In this document: piece after piece, positions 9,784 through 20,450 of the stretch
Layout of the letters: the number at the start of each line of letters is the position of its first letter
Position numbering within the stretch: position 1 is the first letter of the stretch
Assembly (NCBI GenBank): GCA_963797095.1
Contig: CAWCNY010000002.1
Location: 1,184,001-1,248,000 of the forward strand
DNA length: 64,000 bases
Reading direction: 5' to 3'
Origin: an uncultured Chloroflexia bacterium
GTDB lineage: Bacteria > Chloroflexota > Chloroflexia > QHBQ01 > JADMIH01
Translations under genes and position numbers: made by a program
The notes under the pieces: generated by a model
Told to the model about the DNA's origin: nothing
The model's input: the letters and a program-made list of their open reading frames with translations, nothing else
Database searches by the model: none

Positions 9784-11358
9784 ATGGGAAAAGAAGCGCA
9801 ATCGTCCGCCGTGTCGCCCGTACTGTCGATCCGCTCAAGCGGCTTACTGTTGCATATCAGCTCGTTGCCCGGCTCCTGGGGTATCGGCGATATGGGACCG
9901 GAGGCGCGCCGTTTCGTGGACATCCTGCACCACACCGGCCAGCAGCTATGGGAGGTGCTCCCTCTTGGCCCAACCGGCTATGGCGACTCGCCTTACCAGG
10001 GCCTTTCGGCATTCGCGGGCAACCCCAACCTTATCAGCCCTGAGATGCTGTTGGAAGAGCGCCTGTTGAGCGTGGATGACCTGGCAGGCATGCAGCCTTT
10101 CGGAGAAGGTGGGATCGATTTCGGTGCGGTAATTCCTTTCAAGCGCCAACTCCTTCAGCGGGCTTTCGAGCGATTCCGGGCGGGTCACTCTATTGAGCTG
10201 ATTGAGGAGTTGCATAAGTTCAGTGCAGACCAGTCCGCGTGGGTCGAAGACTATGCTCTCTTCATAGCCCTCAAAGAGGCGCATGACGGGGCCGAGTGGG
10301 CTACTTGGCCGCAGGAATTGATCCGCCGGGAGCCTGCGGCACTGGAGAGCGCCCGACAGGCCCTGGCCGAGCAGGTAGATTACCACGTCTTCGCACAATT
10401 CATATTCTTCCGGCAGTGGCTCAGCCTGAAGAGTTATGCCAACGCGCGCGGCGTGCGTATCGTGGGCGATATCCCGATCTTCATGGGACACGACAGCGCC
10501 GATGTGTGGGCGCACCAGGACCTCTTTTACATGAACGATAAGGGGCAGCTTACCGTGGTGGCAGCCGCTGCGCCCGATTTCTTCATAAGAGAGGGGCAAC
10601 TGTGGGGCAACCCACTCTACCGCTGGGATGTGCTGAAGGAGCGGGGCTACGACTGGTGGCTTGAGCGCATCCGTATGGCCCTCCAGCAGGCAGATGTATT
10701 GCGGCTCGACCACTTCCGAGGTTTCGCTAACGCCTGGGAGGTGAAGGCGGGCGCTCCCAATGCCATTGATGGCAGGTGGGCGCCCGGCCCCGGCGGTGAC
10801 CTCTTTGAAACCATCGCCTGCGAGCTAGGCCCTCTCCCCCTCATTGCTGAGGACCTGGGCCTGATCACCCCCGATGTGCATGCCCTGCGCGCCCAGTTCG
10901 GGTATCCGGGCATGAAGGTCTTGCAAGAGGCCTTCCACGGCGATGCAACCAATATCTATCTGCCCCATAACTACACCCGCGATTTCGTTGTCTACACGGG
11001 CACCCACGATATGCAGACCACCCTCAACTGGTGGCAGACGCTGCCCCCCAGCATACAGCACAAGGCCCGCCTCTACATGGGCACCGACGCCCACGATATA
11101 GTGTGGGACCTGATCCGCCTGGCATTCGCTTCGGTGGCAGATATGGCTATAATCCCTATGCAGGACCTTCTTACCCTGGATAACTCGGCGCGGTTGAACA
11201 CGCCGGGCAACCCTTCAGGTAACTGGACCTGGCGCTACCGCAATGACCAGATAGATTACGGCATAATCGAGCGCCTGCAAACCCTCACGAATATATACGG
11301 GCGAAGCAAACCCGCCGTTGTCGAGAGCGCTCCCGACAGCGGGCCATCTCAGGAATAG
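9784..11358 (+). CDS. malQ: 4-alpha-glucanotransferase (GH77)
   Basis: GLLLHISSLPG, SPYQGLSAFAGN, GDIPIF, GQLWGNPLYRW, LRLDHFRGF, IAEDLG, YTGTHD. Confidence 0.95.
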   Translation: MGKEAQSSAVSPVLSIRSSGLLLHISSLPGSWGIGDMGPEARRFVDILHHTGQQLWEVLPLGPTGYGDSPYQGLSAFAGNPNLISPEMLLEERLLSVDDLAGMQPFGEGGIDFGAVIPFKRQLLQRAFERFRAGHSIELIEELHKFSADQSAWVEDYALFIALKEAHDGAEWATWPQELIRREPAALESARQALAEQVDYHVFAQFIFFRQWLSLKSYANARGVRIVGDIPIFMGHDSADVWAHQDLFYMNDKGQLTVVAAAAPDFFIREGQLWGNPLYRWDVLKERGYDWWLERIRMALQQADVLRLDHFRGFANAWEVKAGAPNAIDGRWAPGPGGDLFETIACELGPLPLIAEDLGLITPDVHALRAQFGYPGMKVLQEAFHGDATNIYLPHNYTRDFVVYTGTHDMQTTLNWWQTLPPSIQHKARLYMGTDAHDIVWDLIRLAFASVADMAIIPMQDLLTLDNSARLNTPGNPSGNWTWRYRNDQIDYGIIERLQTLTNIYGRSKPAVVESAPDSGPSQE

Positions 11359-11363
11359 ATATT

Positions 11364-12173
11364 ATGGACTACCGTACTCTGGGAAAAACCGGATTGAAAG
11401 TGCCTGCGGTGGGTATGGGCACATGGCAGACTTTCGACGTGCGAGGCGCAGAGCGGGAGCAAGCCCGTGGCGCGGTGGTTGACGCGGCCATCGAAGAGGG
11501 CGCGACCTTCTTCGATTCGTCACCCATGTATGGCGAGGCCGAGCACGTTCTGAGTCTTGCGCTGGAGGGGAGGCGCGAGCAGGTGCTGGTCGCTACCAAA
11601 GTGTGGGCTGCAAGCCCCGCCGAGGGGCGCGCCCAGATGCACAGGGCGCTCGGCTACTTCGGCGGTTACGTGGACCTCTACCAGCTGCACAATCTCTTGG
11701 CATGGCGCGAGCAACTCAGGTTGTTGGAGCAATTGCGATCCGATGGCAAAGTGCGCGCCATTGGGGCCACGCACTATAGCCCGTCGGCCTTCGGAGAGCT
11801 ACAACGGGTGATGAAGACGGGCCGCATTACCGCCATACAGGTCCCTTACAATCCCCTCCAGCGCGAGGTCGAACATGAGATATTGCCCCTGGCCGCCGAC
11901 CTGGGGCTTGGAGTGGTCATCATGCGCCCGTTCGCCGAGGGCGCGCTTCTCAGGCGGTCGCCCTCACCCGAAAGTCTGGAACCCTTGCAGCCGTTCGGCG
12001 TCACCACCTGGCCGCAAGCCATCCTGAAATGGATCTTGAGCGATCCGCGCTGCCACATCGCCATCCCCGCGACCTCCTGGCCGGAAAGGATGCGCGAGAA
12101 TGCCGTCGCGGGGAATCCTCCCTGGTTCGGGTCGGAAGAGCGCGATCTGGTTGCCAGGATCGCTTTGAGCTAG
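11364..12173 (+). CDS. Aldo/keto reductase
   Basis: LGKTGLKVPAVGMGTW, FFDSSPMYG, ATK, DLYQLHN, GKVRAIG, QVPYN. Confidence 0.9.
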   Translation: MDYRTLGKTGLKVPAVGMGTWQTFDVRGAEREQARGAVVDAAIEEGATFFDSSPMYGEAEHVLSLALEGRREQVLVATKVWAASPAEGRAQMHRALGYFGGYVDLYQLHNLLAWREQLRLLEQLRSDGKVRAIGATHYSPSAFGELQRVMKTGRITAIQVPYNPLQREVEHEILPLAADLGLGVVIMRPFAEGALLRRSPSPESLEPLQPFGVTTWPQAILKWILSDPRCHIAIPATSWPERMRENAVAGNPPWFGSEERDLVARIALS

Positions 12174-12354
12174 CATTCCACCCCGAAAACCGGTTCCTGG
12201 CGTTAAATGCTGGCATGAACATTGCAGGCCTGAATAGTTGAGTAAAGATCCTCTACTATTCGGGCTATTGCCGCGCCGCTTTGTCACTAAAATCCGGATC
12301 TTTGTGCGCGGATTGTTAATCAATCAGCCCTGGGAAAGAAAAGGAGTTTGAACG

Positions 12355-12786
12355 ATGAACCAGACACAAATGAACGCCACGAACCAGATGCTGGGGAGTG
12401 CGACGGAACAGGAGTTGCGCAGGTTTGCCAATGAATGGGCCGCAGCCGAGCAGCGTGCCGATATTACCTACCTCGATAGTATCCTGGCGAACGATTTCAT
12501 CGGTATTGGGCCGCGTGGGTTTATGCTGAACAAGAACGAATGGCTCCAACGCCATAAGATGGGCGACCTGAAGTACGAGTCGCTGACCATGAGCGATATG
12601 ACTGTTCGGACTTACGGAGATGCTGCAATCGTCGTCGGAGTTCAGGCGCAGGCGGCGAAATACCAGGGCCAGCCGGTTCCAGGCCAGTTTCGCACAAGTT
12701 TAATCCTTGTGCGTCAGAGTAGCAGATGGCTGATGGTGGGCCTCCAATTAAGCCCTATCGCGGGGCCGCTCCCGGCAAACCGATAA
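12355..12786 (+). CDS. NTF2-like (DUF4440) protein
   Basis: LDSILANDF.GIGPRG...VRTYGDAAIV...W..V..Q.S pattern; RBS aaggag. Confidence 0.75.
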   Translation: MNQTQMNATNQMLGSATEQELRRFANEWAAAEQRADITYLDSILANDFIGIGPRGFMLNKNEWLQRHKMGDLKYESLTMSDMTVRTYGDAAIVVGVQAQAAKYQGQPVPGQFRTSLILVRQSSRWLMVGLQLSPIAGPLPANR

Positions 12787-12849
12787 CAGGAAAGGCAACA
12801 ATAAGGACACTAAATGAAACATCCAGGATTTTAGATGCAGCTTTGCCTA

Positions 12850-12892
12850 TTTTAGAAAGCCCCTCCCCAATTGGGGAGGGGTCGGGGAGGGG
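12850..12892. repeat. REP-like palindrome (cccctcccc..ggggagggg); second copy at 23355-23401
   Basis: ttttagaaagcccctccccaattggggaggggtcggggagggg versus ttttagaaggcccctccccgaaatattggggaggggttgaggtgggg. Confidence 0.7.
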
Positions 12893-12974
12893 CGTTAGAC
12901 TTTTCTAATCCATTCTACGCACGAACCCACAATTCGTGATGACCCATCTATTGCTCAGGGTAAGTCTATTGTCT

Positions 12975-14888
12975 CTATGGGGTCGGCACAACCGGCAACT
13001 CTACCAGCCCCAGGCCCGCGCTCTTTGACATGGAGCCTGCGATCTTCAGCAGGTCATCTTTGGTGAGATTGGGGCCCGAGAGCGCGATGTAGCTCCCTTC
13101 CTGGTCCCACCAGAGGATCGGGCCGCCCGACTCCGGCACTCCCGGCAGATAATGCGCCGTCGTGCCGTTGCCGAGGTCGACTGTTTCGCCTGCTACGTTC
13201 CCTCCGGCGTCCAGGCAGCACCCCTGCGGTCCGTTCAGCACCAGCATGGCCTTTGCGCCATCCTGCGTGTGATAGTTGATCTCTACCCTGTCCTCCGGCT
13301 GCTCGCCGCCCCCAGGCGCTTCAGCCACGAACCCATCGGGAACGTATGTGGGTACGAAGACCGGGTACGCCACCTGCCCGCGGATCTCTGAGAGGGTTGT
13401 AGGTACGATATCGGCGAGAGGAGCGTGGCTGCCCGGCACTGTTGTGAGGCTTGCGGCCACTTTGAGCAATTCGTCCGGTGGCACATTCGCGCTTGCTATC
13501 GAGATCAGCGTGCCATCGCGTAGCACCAGCACAGACGAGGTCGTTCCTGCAACGCCGTTGCGCACCCACGCTCTGCCGCTTTCGAGCGTGACCGGGTCGG
13601 CCTGATCAGTCCAACGTGTCACCAGGGAGTAGGTGGCCTTCTGCTGGCTGATAATCAGCCCGCTTTCTTCCCTACTGCCCGATGATGTTCCACCGGCATG
13701 TGCGTAAATCAATGCTAATCCCTGTGCCGGATCGAGGCGCGGCTGGCCCGGCACCAGCCCGTCAGGCACCACTCCCGGCACGAACAGCGGGAAGTCGGCC
13801 TGCTTCGCAAGCTCCTCAATTCGCTGCTCGAACTGCTCGGCGGTGGTTGTGGGCGCTGGCCTGTCGTCCGCGATTGTTGCCCCGGTAGGGAGCGTGAAGG
13901 TGAAGATGCTATCCTGAATGTCCATGTCATAAGCGATGTTTGTTACCTCGGAGGTTTGCACTGTGTGTGTGTTCCCGGTATCGCGCAGGGTAGACTTGAG
14001 CACGAAGTATGTCTCTTTGTCCAGCCAGAGGGTAAGGGGTCCATTCATCTCAGGCATCGAGGCGCTTGGGCATGATGTTGCCCCCATATCGATCACATAA
14101 GCCGCACGTCCAGCCACTGTATCGTCCCCCGCGAGGCGCGGTTGGTAGCAGTTGCTCACGTCCTGAAGGATCGCGCCGGGGTTGCCCTGGTAGTTTTCCC
14201 AGGCCGAACTCTCCAACCGACCCTGCGAAATCCGCACCGTGTTCTGTTGCGGGTCGTAGCTCCAGATGGTTTCTCCATCGGCAACCGTAACTCGCGATGC
14301 CCGCCCATTCTCAGGGTCTATTTCATAGCGCCACCGGTTGGGCGCTCGGAACCAGGTATGCGCCACTGACTTTTGTTCAGGGGTTGCCACCGATCCGCCA
14401 CTCGACGAAGTGATCTGTTCCACCATCTCGAAAGACGTAATATTGCCTGATGTTACTTCACCGGCGGCATCCTGGGCCTTCTTCACGATCTCGGCGGCAC
14501 TTACCTGCTGTGTCTGTCCTCCCCGGAGAGCAACACCCAGAGCCACTATAGCAAGCATGGCAGCAATTGCCGCCCCGACCGCAGGCCATATGCGCAACGC
14601 GGGCTTGAGCCGCACCGGCTGTAGGGCAGGCTGCGGCTGCCTGGTAGCTTCGCTGGACCTGTTTTTACGTGCCCCGGCAGCCGCTCTACCCTCAAGCTCA
14701 TGGCGGAGCCGGGCGGTAAAAGCAGGTTCGGGGTCGGGTGGTCGCATCTCATCCTCAAGTTGCCGGGCCAGCGCCGCTATCCCCGGATCGAGCTTGATGG
14801 GGGCAACGATCCCCGGCTCGCTGTGCAGCACTTTCCAGTATGAATCGAGCAATTCAGCCTGTTCGATCTCAGTTCCATTCATTTTCAT
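12975..14888 (-). CDS. Putative anti-sigma factor: single TM, LolA/RseB-like domain and two DUF4367-like repeats
   Basis: Overlaps the ECF sigma stop by 4 nt. PDPEPAFTARLRHEL, TM, WFRAPNRWRYE...VADGETIWSYDP...LWLDKETYFVLK...FTFTLPTGA, then FP(L/V)FVP..VPDG repeats. Confidence 0.7.
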   Translation of the reverse strand: MKMNGTEIEQAELLDSYWKVLHSEPGIVAPIKLDPGIAALARQLEDEMRPPDPEPAFTARLRHELEGRAAAGARKNRSSEATRQPQPALQPVRLKPALRIWPAVGAAIAAMLAIVALGVALRGGQTQQVSAAEIVKKAQDAAGEVTSGNITSFEMVEQITSSSGGSVATPEQKSVAHTWFRAPNRWRYEIDPENGRASRVTVADGETIWSYDPQQNTVRISQGRLESSAWENYQGNPGAILQDVSNCYQPRLAGDDTVAGRAAYVIDMGATSCPSASMPEMNGPLTLWLDKETYFVLKSTLRDTGNTHTVQTSEVTNIAYDMDIQDSIFTFTLPTGATIADDRPAPTTTAEQFEQRIEELAKQADFPLFVPGVVPDGLVPGQPRLDPAQGLALIYAHAGGTSSGSREESGLIISQQKATYSLVTRWTDQADPVTLESGRAWVRNGVAGTTSSVLVLRDGTLISIASANVPPDELLKVAASLTTVPGSHAPLADIVPTTLSEIRGQVAYPVFVPTYVPDGFVAEAPGGGEQPEDRVEINYHTQDGAKAMLVLNGPQGCCLDAGGNVAGETVDLGNGTTAHYLPGVPESGGPILWWDQEGSYIALSGPNLTKDDLLKIAGSMSKSAGLGLVELPVVPTP

Positions 14889-15508
14889 GCTCCTTGCACC
14901 TCGTTCATATCGTGGTCAAAGAGCGGGCAAAGGGAAGTCCGTAACCTTGCAAGCGCACGCCAGCGGAGCATCTTCACTGCCGCATATGTCTTATCGAGCG
15001 CTGAGGCGATCTGTTCTCCCTTCCAGCCCGCCAGTTGCAACTCAAGTACCGTGCGGTACTCTACCGGCAGCGCCGCTATCGCTGTGCGTAGCGCCGCTTG
15101 TTCGGCCTGCGTGACGGCGGCTGCTTCCGGTGTCAGGGCGGTATCCGCTATGTCGCTCGCGTCCTCGATGGGGTAAGTCTGGTGGCTGCGCCGCCGGTAA
15201 GCGTCGATGATCACATTACTCGCGATCCGGAAGAGCCACGCGATAAAGACCCCGTCCCTGTATCCATTCAACCCGGCCAGCGCCTTCGTGAATACCTCGC
15301 TCGTGGCGTCTTCGGCTGCTTCGTGGTCTCCAAGCCGGATATAGCAGTAGCGGTATATGGGCCCTACATACCGCTCGTAGAGCGGGCCGAAAGCACATGG
15401 ATCGACCTGCGCTGCCGCCACCAACTCCTTATCATCCTGTTCGTGGCCGGTGGGAGTTTCAGAGTTGAACACTTCTTTGGTTGGATGTGATTGGGGCGAT
15501 GTTGGCAA
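14885..15508 (-). CDS. ECF sigma-70 factor
   Basis: AFGPLYERY, AEDATSEVF, AWLFRIASN..ID..RR, and region 4 LPVEYRTVLEL...IA.AL.K...AVK. Confidence 0.9.
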   Translation of the reverse strand: MPTSPQSHPTKEVFNSETPTGHEQDDKELVAAAQVDPCAFGPLYERYVGPIYRYCYIRLGDHEAAEDATSEVFTKALAGLNGYRDGVFIAWLFRIASNVIIDAYRRRSHQTYPIEDASDIADTALTPEAAAVTQAEQAALRTAIAALPVEYRTVLELQLAGWKGEQIASALDKTYAAVKMLRWRALARLRTSLCPLFDHDMNEVQGA

Positions 15509-15723
15509 CTCTCTGCACCTCTCCTCCTATGTAGATTGTCACTTCCATTATGGAAGACGACAAGGAAGTCGAAAAGTAACGCGCCATTTCATAACCGATT
15601 GCCCTCCCGTGCTCGAATGTTCACAATAACACACCAGGGGCCTGCTTGTGGCAGAGCCCCTGGTGTGCTGAGGAAGGGAGAAAGGTAATAATGCTCGCGC
15701 TACCTCATGGTGGTGCAGTCTAT

Positions 15724-16860
15724 CTATTCGAGTACGTTTATGTTCTTCTCCCGGCACATTGTCTTGAGTATCTTAGGCCATACGGTCACGCTCACCTCGC
15801 CCAGGTGTGCCTTCTTGAGCAGGTACATATATGTACGCGCCTGCCCGATGCCGCCTCCTATGCTCAGCGGAATCTCGTGGTTCATAAGCGCCTGGTGATA
15901 AGGCAGATTGAGGAAGTCCGTCTGCCCGCTCATCTCCAACTGCTTGAGAAGAGTCTCAGCTGTTACCCTGATGCCCATTGATGAAAGCTCATGCCGCCTG
16001 CGTGTGACCGGGTTCCAGACCAGGATGTCACCGTTCAGCCCGTGCATCGGCCTCCCATCGTCAGATCGCGTCTCCGTAACCCAATCGTCGTAGTCTGCGG
16101 CCCTCATCTCATGCGGATAGCCGTCCTTGAGCGGCCAGCCTATGCCATAGATGAATACCGCCGGGTACCTCTGTAGGATCGCCGTCTCTCGCTGTTTGCG
16201 CGGGAGGTCAGGGTACATATCCAGTATGTCCTCGGCATGCAGGAACACCAGTTCCTCAGGCAGGTCGGGGTATTTCTCGCTCTTCAATTGAGGGAAGATA
16301 GACTGCACATGCGCCTCAGCGCCCCTCAATACTTTCCAAATCTTCCGCACTATCATCGTCAGGAATTGCAGATTGCGCTCCTCCGGCAGCATCACCCTTT
16401 CCCAGTCCCACTGGTCCACATAGACGCTGTGGTCGTGGTCCAGGAAGTAATCCTTTCGCACGGCGCGCATGTCGGTAAGCAGACCCTCGCCCGGTTCCAT
16501 TCCGAACTGCTTGAGCGCCATCCTCTTCCACTTGGTGGCCGCCTGCACGATCTGCGCGTCAATCGGGTGCTGGTTGTAATCGTTCGAGATATGGAACCCG
16601 ATAGGAGTCCGCGAGCCGTCCCGGTCGAGCATATCGTTCACACCGCTTTCTACGTCTACAATCAGCGGCACCGTCACTCTGATCAGGTTTAGCTCCTTAC
16701 AAAGGTGCTCTTCTATATAGTCTTTGGCCGCGAACAACGCTATCTGCGTTTCCCTGGGTGTCAACAGCGACCTGTAATCGTTCGGTAATACCTTCTCCAA
16801 CTCGCTATAATCCCCAATGCCTGGCCCTGCCAGGTCTGCCTGCTTGGTGGTTGTCACCAT
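15724..16860 (-). CDS. asnA: Aspartate-ammonia ligase
   Basis: AATKWKRMALK, GEGLLTDMRAVRKD, HSVYVDQWDWE, RAADYDDW, LNGDI, ELSSMGIRV, SIGGGIGQAR. Start set at 16860 from RBS aaggag. Confidence 0.93.
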   Translation of the reverse strand: MVTTTKQADLAGPGIGDYSELEKVLPNDYRSLLTPRETQIALFAAKDYIEEHLCKELNLIRVTVPLIVDVESGVNDMLDRDGSRTPIGFHISNDYNQHPIDAQIVQAATKWKRMALKQFGMEPGEGLLTDMRAVRKDYFLDHDHSVYVDQWDWERVMLPEERNLQFLTMIVRKIWKVLRGAEAHVQSIFPQLKSEKYPDLPEELVFLHAEDILDMYPDLPRKQRETAILQRYPAVFIYGIGWPLKDGYPHEMRAADYDDWVTETRSDDGRPMHGLNGDILVWNPVTRRRHELSSMGIRVTAETLLKQLEMSGQTDFLNLPYHQALMNHEIPLSIGGGIGQARTYMYLLKKAHLGEVSVTVWPKILKTMCREKNINVLE

Positions 16861-17138
16861 AGTTGTACTCTCCTTTGAGTTTACTGTGGTTTCCCTTGCT
16901 GGCGGCTTCTTTTGTCGTGCCGCGGAGGCGTCCCAACTATCCACTGTGAATATAGCAAATGGCGGTATCAGCAACGGTGAACACCGGTGAACGAACGGTG
17001 ACAACCGGATACCAATTGACGCGCTTACCCCTCGGTGCTATGCTATCGACAACCTGATTGCGGATTTCACATGACGGTGGAAATAGCTGCCGGTCTATCG
17101 TCTGACATCTATGGTCCATCTCGTCAACGGATTGCACC

Positions 17139-19871
17139 TTGAATCCAAAACCGGAAACACCAGAGTACACTCGCCTGCACAGCACATCTGAAGGGTGGCG
17201 GCGCTGGGGGTCTTACCTGAGCGAACGCGCCTGGGGCACCGTGCGCGAAGACTATAGCCCCGACGGTTCCGCCTGGTCCTATTTCCCGCACGACCACGCC
17301 CGCTCGCGCGCTTACCGTTGGAACGAAGACGGCCTGGGCGGTATCTGCGATGATGCTCAGCGACTTTGCCTGGCGCTCGCTCTCTGGAACGGGCAGGATC
17401 CCATCCTCAAAGAGCGCCTCTTCGGCCTCTCAGGCCCCGAGGGCAACCACGGCGAAGACGTCAAAGAATACTACTTCTACCTCGATAACACCCCCACCCA
17501 CTCCTACATGAAGATGCTGTACAAGTATCCGCAGCGCGCTTTCCCCTATAACGACCTTGTACAGACCAACCGTCAGCGCGGCAAGGGCGATCCCGAATAT
17601 GAACTCGTAGATACGGGCATCTTCGCTGAAGATCGCTACTTCGACGTTTTTATGGAATACGCCAAGTCGCGCCCTCGCGATATGCTGGTCCGAGTAAGCG
17701 CCACCAACCGTGGCCCCGACCCCGCCGAATTGCACATCCTCCCCACCCTCTGGTTCCGCAATACCTGGAGCTGGCAGGACGAGCACAACGGTATCGAGGC
17801 GGCTCCCACCATGCGCAAGATCGCCCCCGGCATGGTGCTGGCCCAACACCCGACCCTCAAGTCGTACCGCCTCACCTGCCAGGGCGCGCCCGATCTCCTC
17901 TTCACCGAGAACGACACCAACGTGGAGCGCCTTTACGGCGTGCCCAACCCATCTCCCTACGTCAAAGACGGCATCAACAACGCTATAGTCAACGGGCAAA
18001 GCGATGCCGTGAATCCCGCCGCCACAGGCACGAAGTCCTCGGCTCACTACAGTTTCATCATACCTCCGGGTAAGACCGTCAGCATCCGGCTATGTCTGAC
18101 CTCAGTACCCAAGGGCGAAAGCCACGTCCCCCGGCGCGATCCCTTCGCCAACTTCGATGCGATCTTCGAGCAGCGCAGGCAAGAGGCCGACCAATTCTAT
18201 GCCTCCATCCAACCGCCCGCCCTCACCGGCGACGAAAAGCTTGTGCAGCGCCAAGCACTGGCGGGCATGCTCTGGTCCAAGCAGTTCTATCATTACGACG
18301 TGGCCGAATGGCTTAGTGGCGATCCGGGCCAACCCCTTCCCCCTCCACAAAGAGACTATGGTCGCAACCATGAATGGTCGCACCTCAACAGCGCCGACGT
18401 TATGTCCATGCCCGACACCTGGGAGTATCCCTGGTTCGCTGCCTGGGACCTCGCCTTCCACTGCATCCCCCTCGCCCTGGTCGACCCCACCTTCGCCAAA
18501 GAGCAACTCATCCTCCTGGGACGCGAGTGGTACCAGCACCCCAACGGCCAGGTGCCCGCCTACGAATGGAGCTTCGGCGATGTCAATCCGCCCGTGATCG
18601 CCTGGGCCGCCTGGCGCATCTACAAGGTCGAGGAGAAGCTCTACGGCAAAGGCGACCGCGCCTTCCTCGAGCGCGTCTTCCACAAGCAACTCCTCAATTT
18701 CACCTGGTGGGTCAACCGCAAAGACGCTCAAGGTATGAACATATTCCAGGGCGGTTTCCTGGGCCTCGACAACATCGGCGTTTTCGACCGCAGCGCGCCC
18801 CTCCCCACCGGCGGCTACATCAGCCAGAGCGACGGCACAAGCTGGATGGCTATGTTCTGCCTCAACATGCTCACCATCGCCCTCGAACTGGCCGTGCGCG
18901 ACCGCGTCTACGAGGATATAGCCACCAAGTTCTTCGAGCACTTCCTCTATATAGCCGCCGCCATGAACAACATCGGCGGCGATGGCATTCCTCTATGGGA
19001 CGAGACTGACGAATTCTATTACGATGTGCTCCACCTGCCCAGCACCGACGGCTCTCCACCTGTCAACGTCCCCTTGAGGGTCCGCTCTATGGTCGGGCTT
19101 ATTCCCCTCTGTGCGGTCACCATTATTGAGCCTGCTCTCCTCACAGCTCTCCCTGACTTTGACCTCCGCCTGCGCTGGTTCCTCAAATACAAAGCCGAAC
19201 ATGCCAGCCTCGTCTCGCGCTGGTACGATGCCGGTGTGGGCGAGCGCCGCCTGGTTGCCATCCTGCGCGGACATCGCATGAAACGCATTCTCAGCCGCAT
19301 GCTCGATGAGGCCGAATTCCTATCCCCCTACGGCATACGCTCGCTCTCTCGTTACCACGATCAGAATCCCTATGTTCTTGAGTTCGGCGGCGGGCGCTAC
19401 GTGGTGGCTTACGAGCCTGCCGAAGCCGAAAGCGCCCTCTATGGGGGCAACTCCAACTGGCGCGGCCCCGTCTGGTTCCCGGTCAACTATATACTTTTGG
19501 AGGCGATCCAGCGCTTCTATCAATATTACGGCGATGACTTCAAAGTGGAAAGCCCCACCGGCTCAGGTCATCTCCTTACCCTGGGCCAAATTGCCGGCGA
19601 TCTCGCGGACCGCATGATATGTATCTTCCTTCGTAACGCCGAAGGTAAAAGGCCCGTGTTCGGCGACCACCCTTTGTTTTCCACCGATCCCAACTGGTGC
19701 GACTATATACCCTTCTACGAATATTTTCATGGCGACATCGGGGCGGGCCTGGGCGCAAGCCACCAGACCGGCTGGACCGGGCTGGTCGCCGAGCTAATCC
19801 AACAAATGGGCGAAAGCCGCGCACCAGGCGAAGGCCACCCCTCCCCCGACGACCCCGCCGCCTACCCCTGA
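17139..19871 (+). CDS. GH63 / MGH1-like glycoside hydrolase
   Basis: [75 protein letters not shown]. Confidence 0.9.
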   Translation: MNPKPETPEYTRLHSTSEGWRRWGSYLSERAWGTVREDYSPDGSAWSYFPHDHARSRAYRWNEDGLGGICDDAQRLCLALALWNGQDPILKERLFGLSGPEGNHGEDVKEYYFYLDNTPTHSYMKMLYKYPQRAFPYNDLVQTNRQRGKGDPEYELVDTGIFAEDRYFDVFMEYAKSRPRDMLVRVSATNRGPDPAELHILPTLWFRNTWSWQDEHNGIEAAPTMRKIAPGMVLAQHPTLKSYRLTCQGAPDLLFTENDTNVERLYGVPNPSPYVKDGINNAIVNGQSDAVNPAATGTKSSAHYSFIIPPGKTVSIRLCLTSVPKGESHVPRRDPFANFDAIFEQRRQEADQFYASIQPPALTGDEKLVQRQALAGMLWSKQFYHYDVAEWLSGDPGQPLPPPQRDYGRNHEWSHLNSADVMSMPDTWEYPWFAAWDLAFHCIPLALVDPTFAKEQLILLGREWYQHPNGQVPAYEWSFGDVNPPVIAWAAWRIYKVEEKLYGKGDRAFLERVFHKQLLNFTWWVNRKDAQGMNIFQGGFLGLDNIGVFDRSAPLPTGGYISQSDGTSWMAMFCLNMLTIALELAVRDRVYEDIATKFFEHFLYIAAAMNNIGGDGIPLWDETDEFYYDVLHLPSTDGSPPVNVPLRVRSMVGLIPLCAVTIIEPALLTALPDFDLRLRWFLKYKAEHASLVSRWYDAGVGERRLVAILRGHRMKRILSRMLDEAEFLSPYGIRSLSRYHDQNPYVLEFGGGRYVVAYEPAEAESALYGGNSNWRGPVWFPVNYILLEAIQRFYQYYGDDFKVESPTGSGHLLTLGQIAGDLADRMICIFLRNAEGKRPVFGDHPLFSTDPNWCDYIPFYEYFHGDIGAGLGASHQTGWTGLVAELIQQMGESRAPGEGHPSPDDPAAYP

Positions 19872-19897
19872 CGACCCCGCCGCCTACCCCTGACGAC
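19848..19897. repeat. 22-bp tandem duplication spanning the GH63 stop codon
   Basis: gacgaccccgccgcctacccct twice, plus a partial third copy. Confidence 0.8.
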
Positions 19898-19939
19898 GAA
19901 AGATGAAAGATATCAAGTGACGGTGCCGATTAAGCAACG

Positions 19940-20006
19940 CGCAATACGCAATACGCAATACGCAATACGCAATACGCAATACGCAATACGCAATACGCAA
20001 TACGCA
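19940..20006. repeat. Heptamer tandem repeat (cgcaata)x9
   Basis: Nine perfect units plus a partial unit, intergenic. Confidence 0.95.
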
Positions 20007-20178
20007 GTGCGTCACCCCCATTACACATACACGCCGTTTCATCTGTTCTAACCTTGCTTATGCCTTGTCACACGTGCAGATCCAGGCAATAAAGTACTGA
20101 TTCATGCGCAATCTCGCTACCAAAAGTAGTAGTACCAAACTACCATCTGGACACACACCTTTAGGTATCTTCACCCCC

Positions 20179-20208
20179 TTGTAATATCCACAGTGCCCTT
20201 GCTATAAT
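20179..20208 (+). promoter_or_regulatory. Sigma-70-type promoter for the HD-GYP sensor gene
   Basis: TTGTAA (20179-20184), 18 bp, TATAAT (20203-20208) with extended -10 TGn. Confidence 0.55.
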
Positions 20209-20450
20209 CTAGTGTGGCCTCATCCTGCCTTCTCTCTTTCGTGCCTGGCTACCAGCCTGGTTATCGTCCGAGATAAGTACAGTTTGCCTCGCTATGGCTT
20301 GATCAATTACTACTGAAATGTGCATCGTTACTTCACGAGTAACAACTCAATAAACAGTGTCTATTCCTTCATCACGTTTCACGTATCACGTATTACTTAT
20401 CACGTATTACCAATTTCACGATAGCAAAAGTTCCCTGCGGGGAAACAAGG

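Noticed and set aside
16861-17138. T-box riboswitch upstream of asnA
   Set aside because: No T-box consensus (GGTGGnACCGCG) or terminator/antiterminator was found on the minus strand.
19940-20006. Tandem repeats as a possible CRISPR array
   Set aside because: Units are 7 bp with no spacers, and no cas genes are in the window.
20210-20450. c-di-GMP riboswitch in the leader of the HD-GYP gene, or in the peptide leader at 23755-23850
   Set aside because: Small hairpins exist, but I could not match the GEMM-I or class II consensus by eye. An Infernal/Rfam scan would settle it.
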